A DNA stretch of 54,538 bases from a virus. Shown here piece by piece: positions 8,902 to 16,496 of this stretch. Every line of letters begins with the position of its first letter. The stretch's first letter is position 1. A program made the position numbers and the translations under genes. The notes under the pieces were generated by a model. That model saw nothing but the letters and a program-made list of their open reading frames with translations. It was not told where the DNA came from and ran no database searches. Where the stretch lies: the IMG/VR virus record IMGVR_UViG_3300029220_000010. One strand, written 5' to 3'.

Positions 8902-9304
8902 TAGAGACAGTATTGCAGTAACCAAAGGAAGTGAACGTATAGTAAAGTGCGGTAGTATTTCTTGCAGTGAATGCTTATTTGCACCTCCTAATTGTGTAAA
9001 GGAAATAAGAGAGTGGGTAGAGCAGGAGTACATTGAAAAGCCAGTGATTAGTAAGAGAGATAGAGCGTTTTTGGATTATATCAATGCGAATTGGCATTAT
9101 ATAGCAAGAGATTTGAACGACGATTTATATGTCTATATCAGAGAACCATTTAAGGTTATTGATTGTTGGGAAAGTGCTGGATGCGAAATAAACGAAAACT
9201 TGCAAATGGTTGACATCGACTTTCCGATGGTCAATTGGAAAGATGAAGAACCGTGGCTTATCGAGGACTTGAAGAAACTGGAGGTAGTTGACAGATATGA
9301 ATAG
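8852..9304 (+). CDS. Hypothetical protein
   Basis: GAGGTGG SD then ATG 8852; overlaps the previous gene end. Confidence 0.55.
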   Translation: MKNKEKYAKEIMEVACSRDSIAVTKGSERIVKCGSISCSECLFAPPNCVKEIREWVEQEYIEKPVISKRDRAFLDYINANWHYIARDLNDDLYVYIREPFKVIDCWESAGCEINENLQMVDIDFPMVNWKDEEPWLIEDLKKLEVVDRYE

Positions 9305-9443
9305 AGAAAAAAGCGTTAGAGGATGCACTTAATGATGAATGCGTTTGAAGAAAAAACAAAGGAAAATACGGTAAAAAGAAAGAAAAACTACTATTTGGTC
9401 AAAAGCGATGTATTGGGATATGCAAGAAGGAAGGGATTGATTA

Positions 9444-9827
9444 ATGGCCGGAGTAAGAGACAAATATCTGAGAGGGGCACATAAAGACATCTACTACATA
9501 AGCGAAGAAGATGAAAAAAAGATGTTGAACGAATGTCAGAGAATGCGCGGGAACGATCAACTTGAATTACTGAAATGGTGCCAAAATGCGAATAATGACT
9601 TGTCTGGTATATTGTTCTTCTCGCTTATAACAGGAATCGGATATGACTATATAAGCAAAAGATACTGGATACCGATTGCGAGAAAAGACTTCCAAGGCTA
9701 TCGGAGGAAAGTCTTGGATGAAATGTATAGGTGGATACTTTGGGGAGAACATGACGATGGAAAAATGGCAGAAAGGCTATTCGGAATAAAAAAGCACAAA
9801 CACGGGAATACTACCGAAAAGGAGTGA
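9444..9827 (+). CDS. Hypothetical protein
   Basis: 127-aa ORF; AAGGAAGGGA upstream. Confidence 0.55.
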   Translation: MAGVRDKYLRGAHKDIYYISEEDEKKMLNECQRMRGNDQLELLKWCQNANNDLSGILFFSLITGIGYDYISKRYWIPIARKDFQGYRRKVLDEMYRWILWGEHDDGKMAERLFGIKKHKHGNTTEKE

Positions 9828-9949
9828 TGCGGATGGTAAGAATCTTTGTGAACGGCAAACAGGTGACAAAAGAAGAACTTTCTAAATATGAAATCCATAA
9901 CAAGGCGGTAAAAAGGATTCTTTCAGAAAAGTTGACAAAAAATAAGTGA
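9827..9949 (+). CDS. Small hypothetical protein (40 aa)
   Basis: ATG overlaps the upstream TGA (GTGATG) after AAAGGAG; read by hand. Confidence 0.3.
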   Translation: MRMVRIFVNGKQVTKEELSKYEIHNKAVKRILSEKLTKNK

Positions 9950-9955
9950 TATTTT

Positions 9956-9994
9956 AGAATTGACCTTGATAGAATCTTGGTCAATTCTTTTTTT
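9956..9994 (+). terminator. Rho-independent terminator
   Basis: Perfect 10-bp stem, AGAATTGACC (9956-9965) with GGTCAATTCT (9979-9988), then a T-run. Confidence 0.65.
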
Positions 9995-10013
9995 AATTGA
10001 AAGGAGAATTGAC

Positions 10014-11369
10014 ATGAAAAAATTAAATGTAGGTTATATGAGAGTGTCTACAGAAGCACAGACCGAAAAGTATGGTCTTGATGTCCAAGAAGACAAAATA
10101 AATGAACTTGCCAAGAAAAGGGGCGTAAAGATAGCCAGATGGTATGTGGACGGGGGATATTCAGGGAGCAATATCCAAAGGCCGAACATACAGAAACTTC
10201 TGGAGGATGCAGAAGCCGGAGAAATACAGGCAGTATACATCTATAAGCTTGACAGAATGAGCCGTGATGTTGTAGATACTCTTACGCTTGTGAGTAAGCT
10301 TTTACCAAAATACAATGTAGAGGTAGTATCGGCTACAGAGGATCTGCGGAATGAGACACCGATGGATCGTGTAATGCTGGGCGTTAATGCGGTCATGGGG
10401 CAGTATGAGCGTGAGGTTATCTATATGCGTACAAGAGCCGGTATGGTGGAACGTGTAAAGCGTGGACTGTGGATGGGTGGCGGTACGATACCTTACGGAT
10501 ATAGGTACGACAGGAACGATGGGATATTACATATCATCCCAGAAGAATCGGAAAAGGTAAAAGCTATCTTTCAAATGTTCCGAGACGGATATTCGTGTGA
10601 TAGGATTCAAAAAATTCTTGGGATGCATTCGGAGAAACTTGTATCGAATATTATTCGGAGAATAACTTATGTAGGTAAGATACAGTACAAAGGAAGAGTA
10701 TACCAAGGTTTACACGAACCGATCATAGACGAAAAACTATTTTACGAAGTACAGGAAGAGATAAAAAAGAGGTCTACAAATGCTTACGTAAGCAACAAGC
10801 ATATGCTTACCGGGTTGTGCTACTGCGGAAAATGCGGTACTAAAATGCGGATGCAGAAGTGGGGAAAGTACACCAAGATAGTATGTTACTCACAGTACAA
10901 GGAAAAAGAACATATATCTAAGACAGGGAATCCTTGCAAGAATAAAAAGGTGCGGGCAGATGTGGTGGAAAAAGAAGTAGAGGACTGTTTTAAACGATTC
11001 ATCGTTAATGTCGAAGAAAAAGAGAATGAATCCGAGAGCACCAAGAAGATGATAGAGCGAGAGATATCACTCAGCGAATCAAAGCTGAAACGCCTATACA
11101 CATTGTATGCAATCGGTAACTCCGGTACAGATACGCTTTTTGGTGTTATTCAGGCAGAAGAAAAAACACTGAAAAATCTACAGGAAGAACTAAAGGCAGA
11201 AGATATCAAGGAGAAAGCCGGACGTGGAGAAAAGATAGAGAAAATAAAAGAGATGTCCAACGTGTGGGATACACTGACGGATTCCGAGAAAAACAAGGTG
11301 CTAAAAGAGTGTGTTGAAAAGGTTGTTATCGCGGGAGATGACATAGACATACATTTTAGCATATATTAA
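10014..11369 (+). CDS. Large serine recombinase (phage integrase)
   Basis: AAGGAG SD. Resolvase-type N-terminus VGYMRVSTEAQ...YKLDRMSRD, recombinase domain, zinc ribbon CYCGKCGTKM, C-terminal coiled coil. Confidence 0.9.
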   Translation: MKKLNVGYMRVSTEAQTEKYGLDVQEDKINELAKKRGVKIARWYVDGGYSGSNIQRPNIQKLLEDAEAGEIQAVYIYKLDRMSRDVVDTLTLVSKLLPKYNVEVVSATEDLRNETPMDRVMLGVNAVMGQYEREVIYMRTRAGMVERVKRGLWMGGGTIPYGYRYDRNDGILHIIPEESEKVKAIFQMFRDGYSCDRIQKILGMHSEKLVSNIIRRITYVGKIQYKGRVYQGLHEPIIDEKLFYEVQEEIKKRSTNAYVSNKHMLTGLCYCGKCGTKMRMQKWGKYTKIVCYSQYKEKEHISKTGNPCKNKKVRADVVEKEVEDCFKRFIVNVEEKENESESTKKMIEREISLSESKLKRLYTLYAIGNSGTDTLFGVIQAEEKTLKNLQEELKAEDIKEKAGRGEKIEKIKEMSNVWDTLTDSEKNKVLKECVEKVVIAGDDIDIHFSIY

Positions 11370-11545
11370 TAGGTACTTTCTCGTGTTCCAACCATCATCC
11401 CAACAGCGGTAGGAAGTGGAGAAAAGGAAGAAAAGACCAAGATTCTATTATATGATTAATATGATAAAGACAGGAGCTGAAAATATAAATATATAGATTA
11501 AGATAAAAAGATTTTGAAAATAATTGAAATCTCTTATTTTTTTAC

Positions 11546-11615
11546 TTGACTAGTGGACACCACTATGGTATAATAAAGACAGTTAAGAGAGGAACACATT
11601 ATAGGAGGTAAGAAC
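11546..11615 (+). promoter_or_regulatory. Promoter-operator-leader cassette, copy A
   Basis: TTGACT, 17-nt spacer containing the palindrome AGTGGACACCACT, TGgTATAAT, then a conserved leader ending AGGAGGTAAGAACATG. Confidence 0.7.
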
Positions 11616-11876
11616 ATGACAACAGGATATGCAAAAGTAAAAGAATGGGTTATTGATAAAATGCAAAACACCGCTGAAAGATATAACACATATATTGATA
11701 TCTATAGCAGAGACGAAAATAGAATGGTCTCATCAGAGAATGGATATGTTGTCGTAAAAGTTATTGATGTACTGAAAGAAAGTGAAAAGGCAGTAGAAGT
11801 TGTCCTTTCGACTGGTGATGTGGTAGGAAGTTATAAGGGATGGAAAGCATGGATCCCAAAATCAGCAATAGCATAA
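11616..11876 (+). CDS. Hypothetical protein
   Basis: First gene after cassette A; 86 aa. Confidence 0.6.
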   Translation: MTTGYAKVKEWVIDKMQNTAERYNTYIDIYSRDENRMVSSENGYVVVKVIDVLKESEKAVEVVLSTGDVVGSYKGWKAWIPKSAIA

Positions 11877-11891
11877 ATAAGGAGAAAAATA

Positions 11892-12089
11892 ATGGAGAAA
11901 GTGAGCAGAAACGTAATGATAAACAAAGCCGGGGGAACATCGGGCAAGAATACAAAGAACTACCGTATTTCTATTCCGGTAGGAATGATAAAGGCACTGG
12001 GCGTTACGGAAGAGGATAGAAGCGTTGTCCTAGAAGAAAAAGACGGAGTGATAACTATTAAGAAAGAAAAAATGAAAACCATTGGCTAG
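11892..12089 (+). CDS. AbrB/MazE/SpoVT-type DNA-binding protein
   Basis: YRISIPVGMIKALGVTEEDRSVVLEEKDGVITIKK fits the looped-hinge-helix pattern. Its 3' end overlaps the -35 of cassette B. Confidence 0.55.
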   Translation: MEKVSRNVMINKAGGTSGKNTKNYRISIPVGMIKALGVTEEDRSVVLEEKDGVITIKKEKMKTIG

Positions 12090-12153
12090 TGGACCCGCTA
12101 TGATATAATAAAGACAGTTAAAGAAGACAAATAAATTTAAGGAGGAAAAGAAG
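12082..12153 (+). promoter_or_regulatory. Promoter-operator-leader cassette, copy B (degenerate)
   Basis: TTGGCT, 16-nt spacer with AGTGGACCCGCT, TATAAT, then the AAAGACAGTTAAAGAAG leader. Confidence 0.55.
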
Positions 12154-12342
12154 ATGAAAAAATATGAATTTACAGGTACGAACGAATTAACGAAAAAAGC
12201 ATTTACTGTTTACAGTGATAGTAGTTTTACATTTTGGAAGGACGGTGACAGATTTTATTGTTCAGACAATCCGAACAGTGAAAAAGTAGAACTTGGAACC
12301 GTTGCGGACGTGATTGAATTTCTCGAACAATTCGCAGACTAG
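12154..12342 (+). CDS. Hypothetical protein
   Basis: AAGGAGGA SD; 62 aa. Confidence 0.55.
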   Translation: MKKYEFTGTNELTKKAFTVYSDSSFTFWKDGDRFYCSDNPNSEKVELGTVADVIEFLEQFAD

Positions 12343-12380
12343 ACAAAAACAAATATTCGATAATCAGAATCACAAGAAAA

Positions 12381-12421
12381 ACAGCACTGATGAATGTCTA
12401 TTCGTCAAGTGCTGTTTTTTG
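12381..12421 (+). terminator. Rho-independent terminator
   Basis: ACAGCACTGATGAA pairs with TTCGTCAAGTGCTGT, then TTTTTT. Confidence 0.75.
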
Positions 12422-12521
12422 GTAGTTAATGCCTAATTTGTACCATACTTTTACATCATTCTCAAGCATTACTTTCCAATAAGTATAATATCAAAAATAT
12501 GAAGAAAAGTCAATAAAATAC

Positions 12522-12592
12522 TTGACCAGTGGACACCACTATGCTATAATAAAGACAGTTAAGAGAGGAACACATTATAGGAGGTAAGAACA
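12522..12592 (+). promoter_or_regulatory. Promoter-operator-leader cassette, copy C
   Basis: TTGACC, 17-nt spacer with AGTGGACACCACT, TATAAT. Nearly identical to copy A through to the ATG. Confidence 0.7.
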
Positions 12593-12973
12593 ATGATGAA
12601 CGTAGAAAAAATCTTAAAAACAATTAAGGAAAATGATTATAGCGTGGTAGCAATTCGCCATTGTTGTCCGGATGAAGAATATAAAATTGGTGACATTTGC
12701 AGAAACAGCTTTGAGTGGAATGAAGAATATGAGTGTAGCTCATATGACACAGAAGAACCAGAGGAAATGGACGGCGTATGTGGATACGCAATGTTTGAAC
12801 TGATTGACACTGATGATGCAGAAGAAGCAAAAGAGATAATCGAAAGAGCTATTGAAGAATCATCTATCTACGATGGAAACAACATTGTAATAATCGGTGG
12901 GGACTCTTACTCTTATGGGAATGACGAAAACGAAGTAATTGTTGAAGAAGCAGAAGTAATTGAAATTGCATAA
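12593..12973 (+). CDS. Highly acidic small protein
   Basis: 126 aa rich in D/E (YDTEEPEEMD, DTDDAEEAKE, NDENEVIVEEAEVIE); first gene after cassette C. Confidence 0.6.
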   Translation: MMNVEKILKTIKENDYSVVAIRHCCPDEEYKIGDICRNSFEWNEEYECSSYDTEEPEEMDGVCGYAMFELIDTDDAEEAKEIIERAIEESSIYDGNNIVIIGGDSYSYGNDENEVIVEEAEVIEIA

Positions 12974-12983
12974 AGGGGAAAAA

Positions 12984-13835
12984 ATGAGCGAATGGAACGA
13001 AATATTAAAACAATATGAAATACTTGGAGTGGAAAGTGTTATTCCGATTGCACATATCAGAATAAGACCAGATGTCAGAGTTTTGGTAGATGCATATGGA
13101 AATTTCATTGGAGCAACAGCAACGAAGAACGAAAGGTGCTCCATCCCGTGTACGATCAATTCAGAAAGTAGGACATCTGGGATAGCGCCACACCCGATTC
13201 ACGACAATATGTCATATGTATGCGGAGACTATCCACAATATAAAAACCGTCATACAGCATATATGGAGCAGTTGAGGAAATATATAGAAAGCGTAGATGA
13301 CCCGGTAGCGAAGAGCACATATCAATACTTGAGCAAAAGAACTATACGCTATGATATCAAAGCAGTTTCTGAAAAGTTAGATACATCAGAGGAAAAACTT
13401 ATGATAATCTTTTCTACGTTAACCAAGGAAGAAACACATATGCTTTTTGATTCGCGATATAGAGAAAAAGTAGTCTATGCCGGATTAACGGATAGAGGAA
13501 CTATAAGCACACTGTGGAGAGATTATTATATTTCTACACTCGAAAAGAACGGAATTTGCGGGATTACTGGAGAGCCAGATTATATACCAGACAAGTACCC
13601 GAAGGGAATTCGCAATCCAGCAGATCAAGCGAAATTGTTTATCGCAACTCCAAAAAAAATGGATTGGATGCCAACAATAACACCGGGATACATTACGTCT
13701 CAGAAAATTATTCATACATTGCAATTTATGATTTACGAGGGGGATTCTTGGGCATATCAAATTTTAAAAAACCAAGAGAATCTACCGAAAGAGTATAAGA
13801 AATGGGTAAAAGAATATGAAAGAAAAAAGGCATAG
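12984..13835 (+). CDS. Truncated Cas8c/Csd1-like protein (N-terminal half only)
   Basis: 283 aa. The blocks IPCTINSESRTSGIAPHPIHDNMSYVCGDY, ICGITGEPDYIPDKYPKGIRNPADQAKLF and GYITSQKIIHTLQFMI resemble conserved Cas8c blocks as I recall them. Confidence 0.5.
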   Translation: MSEWNEILKQYEILGVESVIPIAHIRIRPDVRVLVDAYGNFIGATATKNERCSIPCTINSESRTSGIAPHPIHDNMSYVCGDYPQYKNRHTAYMEQLRKYIESVDDPVAKSTYQYLSKRTIRYDIKAVSEKLDTSEEKLMIIFSTLTKEETHMLFDSRYREKVVYAGLTDRGTISTLWRDYYISTLEKNGICGITGEPDYIPDKYPKGIRNPADQAKLFIATPKKMDWMPTITPGYITSQKIIHTLQFMIYEGDSWAYQILKNQENLPKEYKKWVKEYERKKA

Positions 13836-14047
13836 CTAAAAGCTATACCTAGATTCTGAATTTCTTCTTAAATTCTAACATCTTTCAACTCAACGTTCCA
13901 CCATTGACTGGAACGACACTCACGAAAATCATGGAACCGTGAGAAACAACAAAGATTGCTGATAGATATATATTAATCTTAAAAAGATAAAAAGTCAATA
14001 TGGAAAAAATAAAAGAGACAAAGAAATAAACATAGAACAACCAAACA

Positions 14048-14076
14048 TTGAAAAAATGTGCATTTTGTGGTAAAAT
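14048..14076 (+). promoter_or_regulatory. Promoter in front of the packaging/structural operon
   Basis: TTGAAA (14048-14053), 17-nt spacer, TGgTAAAAT (-10 at 14071-14076). Confidence 0.55.
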
Positions 14077-14119
14077 ATAAGTATCAAAACAGTAATAAAA
14101 CTAAATAACGGGGACAATG

Positions 14120-14170
14120 AAATAGCACTTCTGACGGTAAGATGTAATTATCGTGGGAGGTGCTATTTTT
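14120..14170 (+). promoter_or_regulatory. Leader hairpin with T-tract (possible attenuator or antitermination target)
   Basis: AAATAGCAC (14120-14128) pairs with GTGCTATTT (14160-14168), followed by TTTTG. An inner stem ACGGTAA/TTATCGT is also present. Confidence 0.35.
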
Positions 14171-14195
14171 GTATGCGGAAAAGGTAGGTGAGTGT

Positions 14196-14453
14196 ATGGC
14201 AAATCTAAATAGCATTGCTAAGAAGTTACAGAAAGCAATACTACAAAAAGGATTAGTTATTAAGATGGGGACAAGTCAGTTTTATTCTGTGGAGCAAAAT
14301 AGACTTATCACCATGCACATCCTATCTACTAGAGTGCTAGAGCGAAAGAAAAACGGGGAATGGAAATATTATGATTATGAAATTATCCGAACAGCATCAC
14401 AGATAGAGATCGTAAATTGTTTAAATAATATATGGAGGGCGGTGAAAGAATGA
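14196..14453 (+). CDS. Hypothetical protein
   Basis: ATG 14196 (MANLNSIAKK...); 85 aa. Confidence 0.55.
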   Translation: MANLNSIAKKLQKAILQKGLVIKMGTSQFYSVEQNRLITMHILSTRVLERKKNGEWKYYDYEIIRTASQIEIVNCLNNIWRAVKE

Positions 14454-14788
14454 TGGAAAACTATACAGAGATACCAGTAGAATTAAACAAACCAGACTCA
14501 CGTGATATGGAAGAAATGCAGAAGAAACTCATTGACATGATTACAAAGAATGAAAAGCTGAAAGAAAAGAATGAGTATCTGCAAAAAGAGGTAGAAGACG
14601 CAAAGGCTGTCGGAGAACGGGCACTGTGCGAAGTACAGGAACTTATTGCAAAGAATAAGAGACTGGTAGAAGAACACAACAGGCAGAATGGAACAATACA
14701 AGCACTCAACATTGCACTGGATGTCATTACAGACAGGTACAGCAATCTTAGAAAGAGAATATGTAGAACAGACAAGGGCGGTGAGTAG
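14450..14788 (+). CDS. Hypothetical coiled-coil protein
   Basis: GGAGGG SD; ATG overlaps the upstream TGA. Confidence 0.55.
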   Translation: MMENYTEIPVELNKPDSRDMEEMQKKLIDMITKNEKLKEKNEYLQKEVEDAKAVGERALCEVQELIAKNKRLVEEHNRQNGTIQALNIALDVITDRYSNLRKRICRTDKGGE

Positions 14789-14819
14789 CATGGATGGATA
14801 TATGGAAGAGGGTGGGTAG

Positions 14820-15245
14820 ATGTCGAAAGGGAAAGAACTCACTCCGAAACAGAAAGCGTTTTGCGATGAATATCTGACAGATCTGAACGGGGCAAGAGCT
14901 TATAAAGCAGTGTATAAAAGCATAAAAAACGATGCGACAGCTAGGGCGAACGCAAGCAGAGTGCTAACAAATGCTAACGTAAAAGCCTATATTGCTGAAC
15001 GAATGAAAGAGATCCAGAACGAGAAGACAGCCGACCTCGAAGAAGTGATCCGGTTCTTTTCTTCCGTCATGCGTGGAGAAGTAAAAGACCAGTTCGACCT
15101 CGACGCTACTATTTCCGACCGCCTGTCTGCCGGACGTGAACTCATGCGTTGGTATGAGAAAGCCGATGGAGAAGAAAAAGATACTGGTGGAATCACAATC
15201 ATAAATAACATTCCGAAACCGGAGGGCGCAGATGGGGGAGATTAA
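14820..15245 (+). CDS. terS: Terminase small subunit
   Basis: LTPKQKAFCDEYLTDLNGARAYKAVY...ANASRVLTNANVKAYI is the Terminase_2-type N-terminus; lies directly upstream of terL. Confidence 0.8.
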   Translation: MSKGKELTPKQKAFCDEYLTDLNGARAYKAVYKSIKNDATARANASRVLTNANVKAYIAERMKEIQNEKTADLEEVIRFFSSVMRGEVKDQFDLDATISDRLSAGRELMRWYEKADGEEKDTGGITIINNIPKPEGADGGD

Positions 15246-16482
15246 GCTTACAGATGTGATAGCTCCGGCTTTTTACGGCGTACATTGGGACATCATAGAT
15301 GGAAAACATACGTATTATGATTTGTCCGGTGGCCGAGGTTCGACTAAATCTTCGTTTGTCGGTACAGAGATACCACTTGGAATGATGCAAGACGCAGTTA
15401 ATGGCATACACTCAAATGCGGTTGTATTCCGAAAAGTCGGGAATACACTAAGAGAATCGGTGTTTGAACAGATCGCATGGGGAATAGATGCACTTGGAGC
15501 ATCAGACGAATGGACATCAAGCCTAAGTCCCATGCAATATGTGTATAAACCGACAGGACAGAAGATAATCTTCCGTGGATTGGATAAGGCGAAAAAGACA
15601 AAATCCATAAAGATTAGCAAAGGATATTTTAAATATCTGTGGTTTGAGGAATTGGACGAATTTGCCGGAATGGAAGAGGTACGAATGACACAACAGTCTG
15701 TTCTTCGTGGTGGAGAAAAATTCGTTGTTTTTAAATCGTTCAATCCACCGATCAGCAACAGCAACTGGGCGAATAAGTATGTAGCAGAGCCGAGAGCAGA
15801 CAGCTTAAGGCATAAGAGTGACTATAGATCTGTTCCGGTAGAATGGTTAGGACAACAATTCATTGATGATGCTGAGTATCTGAAAAAAACAAACCCGAGA
15901 GCTTATGAGCATGAGTATCTTGGAATCCCTGTAGGACTTGGAACAAATATTTTTGAACTCTTAGAGATCAGAGAAATCACTGATGAAGAGATAAGTAGGA
16001 TGCAATCTATCTACCAGGGTGAGGACTGGGGATGGTTCCCAGACCCGAAAGCATTTTTACGTGTTGCTTATGTTCCAAACCAACAGAAAGTATATGCACT
16101 GGATGAATTGGGTGGTTGCAAAATAAGGAACAGCGAGATGGCACGACAGATCAAAGAAAAGGGATATGATGATTTTGCTATCTACTGTGGAGTGGATGAG
16201 GAAGAGAGTATTGTTGACTTTAGAGATGCCGGACTTCCGGCACGTAAAGCAATCGTGACACCGGGTAGCCGGAAGTATACGTTTGAGTGGCTGCAATGCC
16301 GTACATTGGTGATTGACCCAAGACGGACACCAAGACTGTACAAAGAGGTTATAGAGTATGAACATGAGCGAGATGGCAATGGTGAAGTAATAGCAGATTA
16401 TCCAGACGGCAACGACCACTGGATTGATGCATTGAGATATGCTACTAGTCCGATATCTATGAGACGTGGACAGAGTGCGTAG
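15232..16482 (+). CDS. terL: Terminase large subunit (PBSX-type)
   Basis: Walker A-like SGGRGSTKS, WFEELDEF (Walker B-like), C-terminal nuclease region; overlaps terS. Confidence 0.9.
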   Translation: MGEIKLTDVIAPAFYGVHWDIIDGKHTYYDLSGGRGSTKSSFVGTEIPLGMMQDAVNGIHSNAVVFRKVGNTLRESVFEQIAWGIDALGASDEWTSSLSPMQYVYKPTGQKIIFRGLDKAKKTKSIKISKGYFKYLWFEELDEFAGMEEVRMTQQSVLRGGEKFVVFKSFNPPISNSNWANKYVAEPRADSLRHKSDYRSVPVEWLGQQFIDDAEYLKKTNPRAYEHEYLGIPVGLGTNIFELLEIREITDEEISRMQSIYQGEDWGWFPDPKAFLRVAYVPNQQKVYALDELGGCKIRNSEMARQIKEKGYDDFAIYCGVDEEESIVDFRDAGLPARKAIVTPGSRKYTFEWLQCRTLVIDPRRTPRLYKEVIEYEHERDGNGEVIADYPDGNDHWIDALRYATSPISMRRGQSA

Positions 16483-16496
16483 GAAAAGGTGAGCAG

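Noticed and set aside
9332-9484. 50-codon + strand ORF overlapping the start of 9444-9827
   Set aside because: It has a weak SD, overlaps the following better-supported ORF by 41 nt in another frame, and cannot be supported without conservation data.
9956-9994. The 10-bp perfect inverted repeat upstream of the integrase as attP
   Set aside because: A hairpin followed directly by a T-run after a gene end behaves like an intrinsic terminator. The symmetric 51-bp segment downstream of int is a better, though still unproven, attP candidate.
11523-11530. ATTGAAAT (the 3' end signature of type I-C CRISPR repeats) just upstream of promoter cassette A, considered as a solitary repeat
   Set aside because: The preceding sequence is A+T-rich with no GC stem-loop resembling a CRISPR repeat. 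An 8-mer match is expected by chance in A+T-rich DNA.
13895-13943. Two adjacent hairpins (GTTCCA..TGGAAC, CTCACG..CGTGAG) considered as pac site, attP or terminator
   Set aside because: The stems are short (6 bp), with no T-run and no repeats elsewhere in the window. Nothing in the sequence discriminates between the options.
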